The notes under the pieces: model-generated
Database searches by the model: none
Seen by the model: only the letters and a program-made list of their open reading frames with translations
Told to the model about the DNA's origin: nothing
Part shown: in pieces, positions 16,326 through 29,489 of the stretch
Position numbering within the stretch: position 1 is the first letter of the stretch
Layout: every line of letters begins with the position of its first letter
Assembly (NCBI GenBank): GCA_964016885.1
Contig: OZ024749.1
Location: 50,096,001 to 50,160,000, forward strand
From: Eledone cirrhosa
Lineage: Eukaryota
Length of the DNA: 64,000 bases
Reading direction: 5' to 3'
Translations under genes and position numbers: made by a program

Positions 16326-17910
16326 CACACTCATTTATGAATATGGGCACATTATATCTCGAGAGGGAGGCATAGAGACAGCAGAGTGAGATTTGTTTTA
16401 TATTGAAGAGAAAAAAATACTCCTTGAAGGTAGATACGATTTACGAAGATAATTGGTTTCTTCTTTGGAAGTTAGTTATATACTCTCAATAACCACACGA
16501 AAATATCTGATCCGGAGTCTTGTATTGTGAACGTATATGATGTGATCCTGAAAACGACTTTCTAATTCGCATTTTGAAAATGATCAATTGTTACTAAATT
16601 TGAATATACATATGTATTAACTTGCGCCATAAGCAGCCGAAACATATGATGAATTTATAGGTGTATCTATACTCAGACTATTACCAGCGCCGAATTTTAG
16701 GGTTTAGGCATGTACAAATATCGATTATACGTATTTCCATAAAAAAACATTGATTTAATAATAGTTCGGTTTTAAATCTATGTATATCGGCAGTTAGATA
16801 TATAGCTAATATCTCTGTATATATGCATGTGCTCTCGAACATATATATTATTTCTGAAATCATATACTTTGATTTAACATCATGTGGCTGCTATATATAA
16901 TAGTGTGTTTACTACATTGTCTCACATTTTGAATCTCTTCCTTTCTTTCATAAATCTATTAGTAGATTAATTATCTGCTATTGAGTGATAGTTTACATGT
17001 GTTACTATTAGAATTGAGAGGATTATTTAGCGATTCATTAATCTGAATTCTGCTGGAGTGGAATTGGCGACATATTGCCTGCAATAGTGGAAGTTATTAT
17101 CCAGCATATTCACATTTAATCGCCTGAAGAATAATATAAATTAGATATTGTCATTTATGTCACTTAAGGAAAAATATTTACGCGTAATATAAATACGGTA
17201 ATAATTATAATAATGTTCTGCATACAGGTAGTTGATGTTTGAGCCACGTATACATTTCTACCGCGATATTAACATATCGTCGTAGTTCTGTTATCGAAGA
17301 AATTTATTGAAACAAGATGAATCAGATTTAGTTATGTCAGAGAAGCGAATTAGATTTTGTAGACTCTTGCATCATAAGTAATAAGTTCAAACTCCAATTT
17401 CCTCTCCTTTACACCACACAAACTCTAATCCTAATCTTTAGCTGGTACATTAACAATTTCAGAAATATAAAATAAAGCAATCATTTAATATATTTTAAGT
17501 GCATGCCAGGTTATAACCCATTAATCTTCATACACATTTCATATTGAAATCTTCTTTCATGTTATACGTTCAAGATTTTTTGTTCGTTTACTTAATAAAT
17601 ATTTGTATACAAAGCTGAATGTTTTAAGTATTGTTTATATAATTGCGTTTTATATACTGTGAAAAAATTATATCAGAACATAAAATTCGCGTATTAATAT
17701 AAGCAAACGAAATAAATATTTAAATAGAAAATAATAAAGTTAGTGCTTAACAATAAAACACATCTTCCTTGTGCAATGTGCACATAGCTACCTACCTATT
17801 TATTATTAACAACTGCGGAATATAATTTTTTTATATAAGACAAAACTTCAATGAGATTCCCTGGAGATTGGAAAAATAATATTTACAGGACATACTGAGT
17901 TTGAAAAATA

Positions 17911-18002
17911 ATTGTTTCTACTGTTGTCACAAGGCCAGCAATTAACCAATGCATTACTGGTACTTTATTCTATCGATCCCGGAAGGATGAAAGGCAAATT
18001 TA
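17911..18002 (-). mobile_element. 5'-truncated SINE copy
   Basis: Matches the 3' half of the SINE family; flanked by TSD-like ACTGAGTTTGAA(A/T)AATAAT at 17894-17912 and 18003-18021. Confidence 0.85.
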
Positions 18003-20439
18003 ACTGAGTTTGAATAATAATAAAACATTAACACACTTATATGCATACATTCATACACATCTACCTACACGTATACAAACATACAAACACAAAAACTCAC
18101 GCAACTCTACATACATATACACACACACATATCTATATATATGAGATATATATATATTTATATATATATATCATAAATTATATTCATAGAATCATTTGAT
18201 AAAATACATACACTATTTCCTCTCCCAATTAGCATAATTAACCACATAAAAAGTCAATTAGACCAGGCTATAAGAATAAAGGCTCCTATGAAGAAATATT
18301 TGATAAATAAACGAAAGCAGCCTCTTCGCGGCCGACCGCAATATAATATTTACCTAACATTTCAACAGCATGTAGAAATCGACTAAATATACCGTCAACC
18401 ATACACAATTAGGTATAAATTTAAAGTTAGAAGAAATGCGTACACTCTTACCGTGATTATGTCCCTACCCTGGGTTTCGTTCGCGTTTTGAGATATCCTA
18501 TTAAGGATAAATCTCGAGTATCGAACTCATCAGGAGACAGACTCATAGGACAGCTAATTTTCCAAAGCGTTCCCCGCCAGAAATAGATTCAAAAATGGCT
18601 AAAGACCATGAAATCCACGCTTAAATCTTCGTAAAAGTAAACATGATTCACAACAAATAATATTCTAAATCTTATGGTGTGGAATCAGACCCTACATTTC
18701 TTTTGAAGTTCGAATTGATTCGAAGAAACGTTTAAAATTAGACATTTAAATATCAGTAAATTTATTTCCTTTTTTTAATTTTTAATATCCTCATTTTTAT
18801 ATTTTTTGGCATTAAACTTTTTCAAGTTTCCTTTAGTATTTTATCATTTGTTTGAAATTTTCAAGGTATGATTTTGTTTTTTCCATGAAGTGGTGTAATG
18901 CAGTTGTTGACATTTTTATATGTAGAACTTTCATATTCGAGTTCATTAAACCTGGCAAACAATTTAAACATCATTAGGGTGTGTGATTATTCCCGACTGC
19001 GATGTATTATATAATTATGTCGAAGGAAATAATTTCGGTGAGTTCCATCTCATTTTACCATATAGAGATTAGAAAAAATCCTCATAGGAAACAATTCTGT
19101 TTATACAATAGTCAACCTGCGAAGTATGATAGTGAACTCTATGTAGGCATATGGAGACATCACTGTAGCAATATCACACACCAAAAAATATCGTGTTGAA
19201 CAGCCCCGATCGTATAAATGCGTGGGTTTGAATAATTAGGAAATTAACCGGCAAATGTCGGTGTACCACCACCTAAGAGTCAGATCATGCCACAAAATCT
19301 CTTCGTTGGAGGATGGTCCAGCGTAGAATTCTAATTGCAAGTGTAAATATGAGCAGCTGTTAATTTGAGTGTCTGTGCAGAAATGTATCTGCATGAAGTC
19401 AATAATCAAATAAGTTTTGTAATATTAAGATCTTTAGAAAATGTTTTTCAGACAAAACAGGAATAGCGTTTCTTTTACAAGTGAGCTGTTCACAAGATCG
19501 AACAACTGGAACATTAATATTGAACGCAACAGTTACCTCTTATTATATGTGTCCCATTAATATTACACCTCATTACATCAAACCATCATATTATTGACGA
19601 CAATGAAATAACTGATGTATTGCATACATGTATCTTAAATTTAGTTAGGATTAAATGAAGCAGATTCTTAGAAACTTGCCAGCGGCAAAATAAAATGACA
19701 GTCCTTTTTTTGTTGGTTCATTAGATTCTAAATTGAAAAGGTGCAGAATTCAAATTTCCATTTCAAACCTTCCGTGGTAGATAAACTATAATAGCATTCA
19801 AGAACTAAAGTTGATTTAATCAACTTTTCCTATTCTACGAAATAGGCTGGTCGCACTCATGACTACTAAGAAATCAATCTTCTTTACGCCTACAAAATAA
19901 CATTGCCTTAGTTATAGTCATGAGTTTATATTATAAGTGACGTGATGCGCAAAGTAGGATCAACTAGTTTAAAATATGTTTGTTGAGGAAAATATAAATT
20001 CAATAGACGGAACTATTGAAAACTATACTATGCGTTAAGAAACAATTCTAAATCAAGTATTTAATGCTAATTGCATCATTCCAGTTCAAATATTAAGGAA
20101 ATATATATTCATTTGGCTAATCAAAATAATGGCCGATTTGAGAGAAGAATGTCATTCTGTATGTTTAGCATCATTCTCTCTTAGGTTTCATGTTTCAGAA
20201 GGTAACAAATATGTTTACAGATAGTGATTGATTTCAATTCAAAAGATGGATCAACAAAATAAGGTATACATCTATATAAGGATAATTTAAATTACATATC
20301 GTATTTAATAATTCTTTAATATTCCACGTTACATGATCTTTCTGTAGCACTTCATTTCAAATTTCAGGTGAATTTGATTTCATATTTAATTTTAACTCAA
20401 AGTTAAAGTGTATGTATTTATATTTCAATATAGACATGG

Positions 20440-20475
<36 letters not shown>

Positions 20476-20482
20476 TCTCTCT

Positions 20483-20513
<31 letters not shown>

Positions 20514-20687
20514 CTCTTTTGCCTCTTTCCGTCTATCTATCTATTATATATATGTATTGTTTTAGATGTCTCTACCTCATCTCACACTCCACACTTGTTC
20601 TATGGCATCAGTTATCTCTCCTATACTCCGATGAGGACATGGCATCTGAAACTAAGATACTATCCTACCTCATCACATAACATTGTA

Positions 20688-20774
<87 letters not shown>

Positions 20775-21092
20775 GCACACAATTTTTTTATATATACACA
20801 CATGTATAAACACATTTATATATATATGTAAGTGTGTGTGTGTGTATGTGTGTAAGTGTGCGTGGGTGTATGTATGTGTATGTGTGTGTGTGAGTGTGTT
20901 TGTATATGAGAATATTTTATTTATGAAATTAATAAATTATAACTATCCAATGAGAAACTTCTTCAAAGTGTCCATGTAGATTATTTTTCTTTTCTTTACT
21001 CTATATTTTATAATTTATTTTGAAATTCCTAGTTGACAATTAACATTTTGAAATATATCTTTTAATATTTCCCTACTTTACAACAATCTCTA

Positions 21093-21315
21093 CAGGTTTC
21101 TGTCGTCCATGAAGATGAAACTCACAAGGTTATCCATGTAATCAATAAAAGCAAATTGCAATTACTGGTCATTGATCAAAGTCTCCAAAAATATATACTT
21201 GCTGCAAAATGTTTTATTATCATTTTACTCTCACCATTGTCGGGAATTCTTAATGTAGACATTCCCAAAGTTCATGTTGAAGTCCCCCAGCCAACCGTAC
21301 AACGATCGCCAAGCT
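21093..21315 (-). pseudogene. Decayed LINE apurinic-endonuclease fragment (CR1/L2-like)
   Basis: Single minus frame with stops: [68 protein letters not shown] motif followed by an FL..LI...LQ...N....IF pattern as in LINE APE domains. Confidence 0.45.
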
Positions 21316-21474
21316 GTGAATAAAAATGTTCTATTGCATTTACTTGCTTTCAACATTTTCGTATAATATATATATATATATATATATACATACATAGAGA
21401 GTGAGGGAAAGATAGACCGGGTGGAAAAAGAGTGTACAATTATATATACATGTCTGTGTGGGTGTGTGTGCATG

Positions 21475-21601
<127 letters not shown>

Positions 21602-22059
21602 AATATGGGGAGAAGAATACTGCATGGTTGCACATGAATTACATGTTATAAAATGAGTCCCTCATCAGTGATTTGCCAACCATCAATGGTATTTCATCGC
21701 ATTAAAAACCATATACCTCACGTTGGTGCGACAATAACTAAAATAAGTTATTAGGACAATTGAAACGCGTAAAGCGAGTGAGGCAAGTAAACAACACAGG
21801 GGAAAGCTAACCGAAGATAGAAAGAAACACAAGCAACATGGTTATTTTGTGAGTATAAGCTGGGTGAATACATTTGCGAGTAAGAAACATACCTTTCGCT
21901 AGTGAATCCGATGTGAGAATGAAGGAAAATCGGGTTCGTAGCGGACGGGAGGAAATAAGAAGGGGAGAACCATAGTGTGAGTGAGTGGAAGTGCGAGGAA
22001 GTGCTCAGTAGAGAGAAAGTGTTAACTGACATGACAGAGGGGACGAAAGAAAGTAAGAG

Positions 22060-22124
<65 letters not shown>

Positions 22125-23583
22125 TGGTGGATTACCTCCTCTGATTAGTGGACTCCTCTCTTATACTGATCATTATTTAGCAATAACAATTAACTTCTAT
22201 AGATTAAGCTTATAGGGGTCTCCGTAATACATTAATTCTATTCTCAGCATATGTGTTGGCTAGCTTGGACAGCATCATCTAATTATCAAAGAATTTAGCA
22301 CATTGGTACTAAAATATATTGACGAGTAAAATGAACATTAAACAATATTCTGGGGAAACAGATTATTTCCAAGGTTTTAATATACACGTATGCAATCTAT
22401 ACATCTTAAAACCTTATATAAATCGATAGGTAGCGTATCGAGGTTTGGAGATGAATAACCTTCTGGGTCAAAATGCAAATACAAAGTAGAACAGAAATCT
22501 GTCAGGAACACATCATGTTTAATATTTCGTTTAGACCAAGCATGTTTCTCTAACGAAGTCTCATGTCGAAAATGTTACATTTATTTTCTTCCTCTCAGCA
22601 AGCTAATTTATTTCACCTTGCGAACTCAAGTGAAAATATCTTTGTTTGTGTTCGATGTTTGGAATTAGACAGTAAAATAAATTTTGCAATTTTACAAAGA
22701 TCAGATATACATTATAGAGGCCTAATTGAAAATATAATCAATAACATATATTAATATAGCAGAATATTCTTCGCCATTAATGTCTCTAAATTTCTATTAT
22801 ATACTTTGTTCTGTACATTTCTATCTACCAGCCACCAGAATGGCTCCACACTCAACCCAACATATGTACACATAAGATGCGGTTTACAGCATCTCTGTCT
22901 ATTAAGGCATTATCCCTCGAAAAGCAAATAAAAGATCAGTTGTTTTACTTATAGAAATCTTCTTTCGTCCTTGAGATTATAACACAAATTGAAAGTATTA
23001 AGCTCTATATAAGTATTCCTAAAACATAATTAAATTTAGAATTATTATGTTTCTGTGGAGAAAGCTATGTTACAACTCGTATTACGTATAAATAACTACT
23101 TTTTGAAAAAAAACGAATTTGCCTAAATATATAGCTTCCTAAACTATATATTAAAAAACATAACAGATGTGAATGGTACATGTTTAGAAATAGATGTGTT
23201 TAATATGAGATACCAGAGAACCAACAAATTAATATATCCTCATATAATGCTAATCCTGTCACAAAACCATTGTACATGCTAACCTAAATGGTGTCAAGTT
23301 ATGATAACGCTCACGACTAGCTCACGGCTAGCTCACGACTTCCATTATACGAACTGGAATAAGTTTATTTTAAAACGTTAATGCCGATGTAAGATGTTGA
23401 AATGTCTAAAGTATGTGGTGATTTCATGAACTGCGATTTGAGTTATTTTCCAAAGAAACATCATAACAAACAACGACCATTTCTAACATCAGACACATTT
23501 TTCAAGTAATATTTTTTCACTTGTGTTTCTTAGCTAATATCCGTATATGGTTTCGTACGTTCGGACACTCATATTCAGGTCTC

Positions 23584-23764
23584 ATAATTGTTTCTACGTT
23601 AGGCACAAGGCCAGCCATTAAACAGTGCATTACTGGTACTTTATGTTATCAACCCCGTAAGGATGAAACGCAAAGTCAACCTCGGCGGAATTGGAACTCA
23701 GATCGTAAAGGGACGTAACCATGCTGGAAAGCATGGCGTCCGACGCGCTACCGATACTGCCAAT
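23584..23764 (-). mobile_element. tRNA-derived SINE, subfamily A (GATCGTAAAGGGACGTAAC on + strand)
   Basis: Reverse complement of the family consensus, including A-box-like TGGCAGTATCGG and core TTTCATCCTTACGGGGTTGATAA. Confidence 0.9.
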
Positions 23765-24957
23765 AATTATAATAAAGATAGAAGCTATAGCAGTGATAAA
23801 ATATATCGGTTTTATGATGGCGATTTGGCGGAATCTAGGTGAGCATAGATACTGCATTACATGTTCGCTGAAGACAACTCGGCAATCTTTCGACAGAGGT
23901 CAATAAAGTTATCTATCAATTATATATATTATCGATAAAATATATCTATATATAATCCACAGTGTGTGTAGAATTATAACAATGTTAAGCATAGCTCTAG
24001 TGCTATGAATAGAAAAAAGTCCCTTTGAAAAATGAATAAAAATTGCTTTTACGAGAGTGAAAGCGAAAGTATACAATGCGTATTTAATGTTGAAACAAAA
24101 AAAGAACCAGACGTTAAATATAAGAAATGTGCTATATCAAGCAGAAATAAACTAATTTGACCCAATATAAACATAACAGTAAGGAACAGATGACAGTCGA
24201 AAGATAAGAAGAACTGGAAACGATGAATGAAATGTATCGAGAATAAAGAAATTGGTAAATATAAAAATGAAAGACGGAGATGAAGAGTAAATGAGGTAGA
24301 GTGGAAGTTGATCTTATATTAAGTGGCAGCCCTTATTCAATTTAATGTTAATGTAATTTGTATCTGATGTGTTTATATAATGAATAAAGCGAACGTATAA
24401 ATAGAGGAAGGAAGGAAGATGTAAATAATTTGAAAGCGAAGATACAACTTAGATTCGGTAAACACGGACAACTTTCAAATATCTACTAATGTTAGTGTTT
24501 AAATGTTTAGAAGTCATGATGTGTACTATGTGGGTGATTCATTGTACGTGCGTATATGTTTATGTGTAACTGTACATTATTTCATATGTGTAAGTGTATG
24601 TATGTATGTATGTATGCGTACATGCGTGTGTTTGTGTATTCGTGTGTTTGGGATCTTGGTGTTAAGTGTTTGGGGGTATTCTCATTATGTGTATGTCTTT
24701 GAATATGTACTAAAGAGAGAATGTGAAAGACAAAGAGAGAAAGCGAAGCATCATGGGTGTGGAGGAGTCGTGTTAGACTTTTAATTTCACTAATGGACAC
24801 ACTTAATTATATAAGATGCTGCCTGAGTCGGATGGACATTTACTGAATTAAAGAAAATGGCGAACTGAATCTAGACAAGACACTGTCAGACATATCTGCA
24901 ACGGATTCCTATAATTTCGTTAAACTGAATATCACTAGTATTGATAATATTTAATTA

Positions 24958-24992
<35 letters not shown>

Positions 24993-25000
24993 GTTATTGT

Positions 25001-26075
25001 TATTCCTTGAATCTCAGTCATTGATGTTGGTTAACTGGAAAGTCCGTTGGATTGAATATCAAGCCACTACCTGCAGCCTCAGATATTCAGGACGTATCGG
25101 AGGGTTTTTGCTGTTCCAAGCAAGCATGCCTTTTGAAGCGTTCCAAAAAGCGTGAAGGGGCCGATTTTCTTTAACCATCCCTGGAAACCTTTGGAGATAG
25201 TCCCCAGTGCGCCTATGACAATCGGGATCACTTTGACTTCATGGCAGTTCCAAATCCTTTTCACCTCCCACTTTAGGTCCTGGTATCGGTTAATTTTCTC
25301 CCTCTCCTTCTCTTGCACTCTCGTGTCGAACAGGCAGGCCACATCCACAATCAGGCACGATCTTTTTTCTTTGTCCACAACCACCAGGTCAGGTCTATTG
25401 TGTTCCAGTTTTTTGTCCGTCTGTATCCTAAAATCCCACAGCACCTTCACCTGCTGTTCTCCATCACCGCCTCTGGCCTATGCTCATACCATTTCTCAGA
25501 ATGTGGTAGATTGTTTACTTTGCACAGGTGCCAGTGGATCACCCTGCCCATCACATCGTGTCTCCAGCCCGTATAGTGGGTCTGGGCTAGGTGTTTACAC
25601 TCGGACACAATGTGAGCCACAGTCTCCTCTCTCTCTCCACAGATCCTGCACAGTGGGCTAGCCTCCTCCTTGTAGATATGGTGCTTCAACCACTTCGTTT
25701 TGAGGGCCTGCTCCTGCGCAGCCATTAGCATTCCTTCTGTAGCCTTTTTGAGGTCTCCTCTTCTCAACCAGTTCCATGTCTGTGGATCTCTAAATTCAGT
25801 TTTCTCAAAGAAGGTACTATGAAGGGATTTTCCCTTAAGGCTGCTCTTCCTCTTTGATGTTATTTCCTCCTTGGATATCCCCTGGCCTACTGTCCCCTCC
25901 TTCAGTACAGCTCTGAGCATTGGCTCCTTACTATAGGTCACGTATTTGTATAGGTTGTTTTTCTCCATCTGAACACAGTCCTCTATGCTGATAAGACCTC
26001 TTCCACCCTCAGATCTCCTTAGGTAGAGTCTATCGACATCACTCCTCTTGTGGAACATGTTGTAGATAGTCAATA
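25001..26075 (-). mobile_element. 5'-truncated RLE-type non-LTR retrotransposon (R4/Dong-like), frameshifted
   Basis: ORF 25447-26073 has RLYLRRSEGGRGL (post-RT), zinc finger CRICGEREETVAHIVSEC and RHD. ORF 25079-25450 has the PD-(D/E)xK restriction-like endonuclease RPDLVVVD..IVDVA..EKINRYQDL. Frameshift near 25450; short 3' UTR then (AAT)n. Confidence 0.92.
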
Positions 26076-26118
26076 GTCAATAGTCAGTCTATTATTATTA
26101 TTATTATTATTATTAGAA

Positions 26119-26310
26119 GGGCGGTGAATTGGCTGTATCGGTAGAGGGTCGGACGCCATGCTTTGACGCATAGAGTTACGGCCCTTGCCATTCTGAGTTC
26201 AAATCCCGCCGAGGTTAACTTTGCCTTTCATCCTTACGGGGTCGATAAAATAAAGTACCAGTAATACACTGGAATAATTGCTGGCCTTGTGCCAATAGTA
26301 GAAACAATTA
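26119..26310 (+). mobile_element. Full-length tRNA-derived SINE, subfamily B (GGCCCTTGCCATTCTGAG)
   Basis: A-box-like TGGCTGTATCGGTAG, B box GAGTTCAAATCC, Nin/Deu-like core CTTTGCCTTTCATCCTTACGGGGTCGATAAAATAAAGTACCAG, (ATT)n tail. Confidence 0.93.
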
Positions 26311-26349
26311 TTATTATTATTACTATTATTATTATTATTATTATTATTA

Positions 26350-26475
26350 TCAAATCCCGTCGAGGTTAACTTTACCTTTCATCCTTACGGGGTCGATAAA
26401 ATAAAGTACCAGTAATGTACTGGGTGGTTGCTGGCCTTGTGCCTAAAGTAGAAACGATTATTATTATTATTATTA
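26350..26475 (+). mobile_element. 5'-truncated SINE in the tail of the preceding copy
   Basis: Starts at B box TCAAATCCC; same core and ATT tail. Confidence 0.9.
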
Positions 26476-27449
26476 CAACTCTAGAAGTTGATGTTTGTGC
26501 TCTTACAATTGTAGCTTTGGTTTGTGTTGAGATATTTAACAAGTCTAAGCTAATGATGTTCATTATTATTACTGACACCACTAGTACCATCCTCCTGGTC
26601 ATAATCACTAACCCCATCATGAATAACATAATGATCATCAACAGCATTGGCGGAAGCAGAGACAGCTTTAGAACAACCGTTGACTCTACAATTAACTTAA
26701 ATATCACTGTACATATTAAAATCATTATAGGTGTATGTTAATACGTGTTCGGCATTCGACTTAATAAGTTGTAGTAAATGTACCAAAATCTAAACTTAAA
26801 TTTTTAATAACCGCTTCATGATGATCACAACAATAATGAACATAATTATACTTAGATAATTTCAGTCGCCATTTTTGTTCTCCTGTTCTTCAATTCTGTA
26901 AATAGCGTTGTGCAACTATTCCTATATATTATATGTGCGAGATTTATTATATGATATCATTTATCGAACTTTTATTCTAACGTTATGTTCCATGATATTA
27001 ATCAGCAAACACGTGGGAAGAAGATGTTTGACGAAAATCTATGTTTTGAATCGTGTATATTTGCGTATATGAATACCACAGCTGTATGAGCAATGACATA
27101 TAATATTTGGGCATTAACGGTATTTTATACATTTACATGGATGAAAGAGAGGACTTTATTTCGAAATATATTTTTAAATAAAATTATCTAATATAGAATT
27201 AATAGAACATTCTACGAAATTCATGAAATATTAAATTCAATTTGGGAGCTTGCAATATATTTCTGAAATATTCCTTTAGAAATGAATGTCCATCCAGATA
27301 GAAGAATTGTTAAAACTTGAGTTCATATGATCTTATATTTCAAAACAAATACACACTGGGATAATATTGCAAACACATGTAGACGCCAAATATATATATA
27401 TTTATATAAACAAATAATATAATCGCTAGAATCTTCAGTGTACACTTCA

Positions 27450-28417
27450 TCTATATATATAAAACTGTGGTTGTCTGTCTGTCTATCGATTTTTGGCACA
27501 CATCTCCTCTTAGAATCTCTCACGGAATTGCACCGAAATTGCTATACTTGTACATTGAGCCCTAGCGAAGACATCGGAAATAAATATTTCAAATTGACCC
27601 ACCCTATGTGACGAAATCGAATATAATGTATCGATTTTTGAGCGTAAGTGATCAGTTATTTCCCTTTGTTCTGTTTACATTGAGCGTCTTACGTAAACAA
27701 TTAAGCTGGCTTTCTCAGCGTTTAAAATGACATTAACACAATACACGAACAGTTGTCGAGCCAGCAAAATATTGACCTGCAAAATTCATCAGTTCGAACA
27801 CTAAGCTTCCGTTTTGCTTCATTTCCATTTAAAAGCATTTTAAAACAATATTTTTACTTGAAAACAAGCCTATTTAAAGACTACGTAAAACAAGCAAATA
27901 TTTCGTCGTTAGGCGTGCAGACAGACAGTCGTGCAGAGAGGTGATATACGCGTGCAGACAGACAGTCGTGCAGAGAGGTGATATAGGCGTGCAGACAGAT
28001 AGTCGTGCAGAGAGGTGATATAGGCGTGCAGACAGACAGTCGTGCAGAGAGGTGATATAGGCGTGCAGATAGACAGTCGTGCAGAGAGGTGATATAGGCG
28101 TGCAGACAGATATAACTGATAATTTGGTTACGCTAATGTTTTTCTCTGCGTTGCAGTGTTTACATTTTCGATCTTTGTTAATAAATAACCAGTGCAGTTT
28201 CTATCCCCAGCATCCTCTTTTGTTATAACATTCGGGTTATCGTTATGTTTTCTTAACTTCATAAGGCATATTGTTGGTTGAGGGAATATTAATCAAAAAC
28301 ACCACATGCAAGTCTGCACAGTAGACACTACAGTTTTTAAGCCAAGAAAGTAACTTAACATTGTAACTTTAACACAGCTACTGAGCGACCCCGAGCAACG
28401 CCAGGCTTTACTGCTAG
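27450..28417 (+). mobile_element. Non-autonomous Helitron with both ends
   Basis: 5' A|TCTATATATATAAAA followed by (GTCT)n; 3' imperfect GC hairpin CCCGAGCAACGCCAGG then CTAG|T; sits between A and T with no TSD. Confidence 0.85.
27911..28110 (+). repeat. 37-bp minisatellite, about 5.4 copies, inside the Helitron
   Basis: Unit AGGCGTGCAGACAGACAGTCGTGCAGAGAGGTGATAT starts at 27911, 27948, 27985, 28022, 28059 and 28096. Confidence 0.97.
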
Positions 28418-28480
28418 TATAAAATAGATAAATATAGCATTATCAAGAAAACTTGCTTTCTGTGTATATTATGTTATTCC

Positions 28481-28564
<84 letters not shown>

Positions 28565-29086
28565 TGCATACACAAATGCACACACAGATACACACACACA
28601 CACATACATATATATATATATGTGTTTGTATGTTTGTGTACATGAGAAAAATATATATTCAATATTTTTTTAACAAAGTGAAAGTGATAAAATTGCTGTT
28701 ATTGTTGCATAATTGTTCACTCTCTTCTTTGATCCGCTGTTGTAAATTATGGTGAGTTACGTTACATATAACTTTAATAGTATTGTTGCGTATGATATTG
28801 AATTATTTCAATTTACATCGTTCTCCGTTCCTTGCTTTTTTCCAATTCTTGGGAAAAGAGATCAAATTTTACTATTTTGTTTTATCAGTTAATCAAACTA
28901 GAATCTACAGTCCCCGAATAGATTGTCTGTCATCAGAAAGCCCATAGTAAACTGGGCAATTTAGTTCTATGCTTAGAGATTTGTGGCCCAAGTTGAATGT
29001 TCAGCATCAATGAAATCTGTCGAATTTCTAATTTGTTTTCTAACTCTTCCAGTTTCTGCCCAACGTATCAGACTTGTTGAACTGTT

Positions 29087-29179
29087 AGCTTCACGTTAAT
29101 GGAAATTATTTTTACACCCACATGCACACACACATACACACACACACACATAATCAGACACCCCCCCACACACACACAC

Positions 29180-29214
<35 letters not shown>

Positions 29215-29489
29215 GTTAATGAAGGAAATGTGGTAAGTAACCAGGTGGAATATGACACACGAAAGGACAGGGTAGTAGATTGGGTAATAGTAAAAGAATC
29301 AGGACCCCGACTGCTGAGTTCCGGCCGTTTCGAAAGCTACATCTGAACGCAAGTTCAGACCTAGCTGTCGAAACAGCCGGAGCCCATTTGTCGGGGTCCT
29401 GACTCTTTTCCTGTATATATATTTATATGTATGTATGTATGTATTTGTTTATGTGTGTGTGTGAAATTAATTACCATTAACGTGAAGCT
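29087..29489. repeat. Outer inverted repeat enclosing microsatellites and a hairpin element
   Basis: AGCTTCACGTTAATGGAAATTATTTTTACAC (from 29087) versus GTGTGAAATTAATTACCATTAACGTGAAGCT (to 29489). Confidence 0.85.
29218..29412 (+). mobile_element. TA-embedded hairpin element, copy A
   Basis: Leader AATGAAGGAAATGTGGTAAG..CAGGGTAGTAGATTGGGTAATA, then a hairpin at 29292-29409 closed by TCTGAAC-GCAA-GTTCAGA. Confidence 0.85.

Noticed and set aside
19740-19870. Very degraded SINE-like relics (also ~12520-12700 and ~63690-63790)
   Set aside because: Similarity too weak to delimit by eye
20620-20665. Hammerhead-like CCGATGAGGA..TCTGAAAC (also CTGATGAAGCC near 63623)
   Set aside because: Core mutated or incomplete, and stems I and III not formable
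21234-21313. Minus-strand exon candidate (cacag|..|gtgag) that would read SRCR-like VRLAG..GNVYI..QW after a 1-bp shift, plus a 75-codon plus-strand open frame
   Set aside because: Needs a frameshift and no following GxVCDD exon was found; the GDFN frame fits a decayed LINE endonuclease better, and the plus frame is its antisense shadow
26119-26215. tRNA gene (A and B boxes)
   Set aside because: No cloverleaf; head of a multi-copy SINE with core, tail and TSDs
27911-28110. CRISPR-like regular repeat
   Set aside because: Contiguous identical units without unique spacers, no cas genes, eukaryotic context
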